A stretch of DNA of 64,000 nt from the human T2T-CHM13v2.0 reference genome, Homo sapiens: NCBI RefSeq assembly GCF_009914755.1, contig NC_060936.1; one strand, written 5' to 3'. The notes below the pieces were generated by a model, which was given only the letters and a program-made list of their open reading frames with translations, made no database searches and was not told the origin of the DNA. Shown here in pieces: positions 62,206 through 64,000 of this stretch. The translations under genes and the position numbers were made by a program. Within the stretch, counting starts at the first letter, position 1; each line of letters begins with the position of its first letter.

Positions 62206-63600
62206 CTGACTTTAATTAGTATGTGTAATAATAATTACGATTAATTAAGTGAAGGTTATAGGATAGGCCTTAGTGGCACCCCCAACTCAAGGTATCAAGG
62301 CAAGGCATTGGCAGGAAGGCCAATTTGTATGAAAATATCTGTGTGCTGAAGGAATTTCAGAAATAAGAGTCATTCTCCATGGCACTGAAATTAGAAGAAT
62401 AAATTACAAGATCAATATCTGGAAGGCAAGTTTAGGTGCATGAGTTCTATCTTGGATCACTAATATTTAGTTGAGGGATCCATTCAATTGTCCTTCAAAT
62501 CAAATCCTAGGAAAAGCTTTAAAATTCCTTCACAGACCAGAGTGCAAAAACAAGGTATTCATGAGAACCAAAACATGCTGACCGTGCTCAATTTTGACAG
62601 GTGGGAATATCAACTTCATGTGGTTGTCTTAAAGATTAAATGAATAATGTATGTGAGAGAGAAAAAAATTTGAGATTTTATTTGTGTTCTTGTATTTGCC
62701 TTTTCCTTCCCTTATTTAAGCTGATAGCAACTCTGCTTCCTTGCCTCAGGACAGGTTTGTGGCAAGGAAGAAAGCAGAAGTTGCTTTCAAAACATTTTCC
62801 CTCCTACTTGAAATGTCCACCCACCAATTTCTATTTAATAAGAATTTAGGGCTAGTGATCTGATTGGAATTAGTATATGAGGTTGCTAGAAACTTATTTA
62901 AGTTCTATTTGCATAGCATTATAAATCAATAAAAATAGCACTGTTTTCTAAATTTGCCTTTATTTTCACTTTACAAAAATTTTCACCATAACTCCATGGA
63001 ATGTTATTTTTACTTAGGGTGGAACCAAGCAGAGGGGTTCACCCAAGCCATCTTTGGGTGCTTCCATGGGAAAGAAGGATTTCACTGAGAATAATAAGTG
63101 ACACCAAGGCTCAAAAGAATGAGAGAGAAGTCTGTTGGTCTCTTGAACAGCAGGGATTTGCTCACAGATCTCTGGAAGTAGCCAGAATGTGACAGGATCT
63201 CAAAATGAATGGCTGCTTCATGGAGGCTGGAACATAAGCCTGGGACTCCCAGTAGCCAAACATAGCTGTGCCACAAACATGGCTGAAATGTAGCAGTTTG
63301 GTGGATCCGAGGTCAGTCATTGAAAATGTATTGATTGGCACCTATTCTTTGTGAATCATTATTCTGGGTTCTGGGGTCACAAGAGCAAATGAAACAAATG
63401 AAGTACCTGCCATCAATGAGCTTACATTCTAGTAAAGAGGGACAGAAAATGAATACATTTTAAATGAATAAATTCAGATACCGCTAAATGTAGTGAAGAA
63501 AAAAATTGGGCTAAAGAGAGCGAAAAACAATTTCTGAAGTTACTAGCAGTGAAGGGTGGGGGAAGAGAAGAGACGGATTTAACCAGGAAAGATCTGAGCT

Positions 63601-64000
<400 letters not shown>

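Overview
Primate (almost certainly human) genomic DNA holding the 5' end of PPP1R12A (MYPT1, myosin phosphatase targeting subunit 1) on the minus strand. Its CpG-island promoter lies at about 56.9-58.2 kb and its first coding exon at 57586->57350 (79 codons, with the MyPhoNE motif, the KVKF PP1-docking motif and the start of the ankyrin repeats). About 57 kb of intron 1 fills the window from 57349 down to 1; exon 2 is outside the window. About 6 kb of upstream sequence follows and shows splice signals for a divergent lncRNA. Most of the rest is interspersed repeat: about 31 Alu/FLAM copies, L1/L2/MIR/L3 fragments, MaLR solo LTRs, a near full-length Tigger1, and Tigger4, MER1 and other hAT elements. 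Almost all supplied ORFs are repeat-derived or CpG-island artefacts. I found no support for a new protein-coding system. The most unusual items seen directly in the sequence are: (1) a 5S rRNA retropseudogene split by a 220-bp copy of DNA from 1.66 kb away, with an iterated-microhomology junction; (2) an Alu carrying a fold-back templated insertion; (3) several high-affinity-type CArG boxes along intron 1, three of them the identical CCATATAAGG; (4) a two-promoter, 5'UTR-intron and divergent-lncRNA splice architecture at the CpG island. Repeat subfamily calls come from recalled consensus similarity, not from a RepeatMasker run, and the boundaries of old repeats are approximate.
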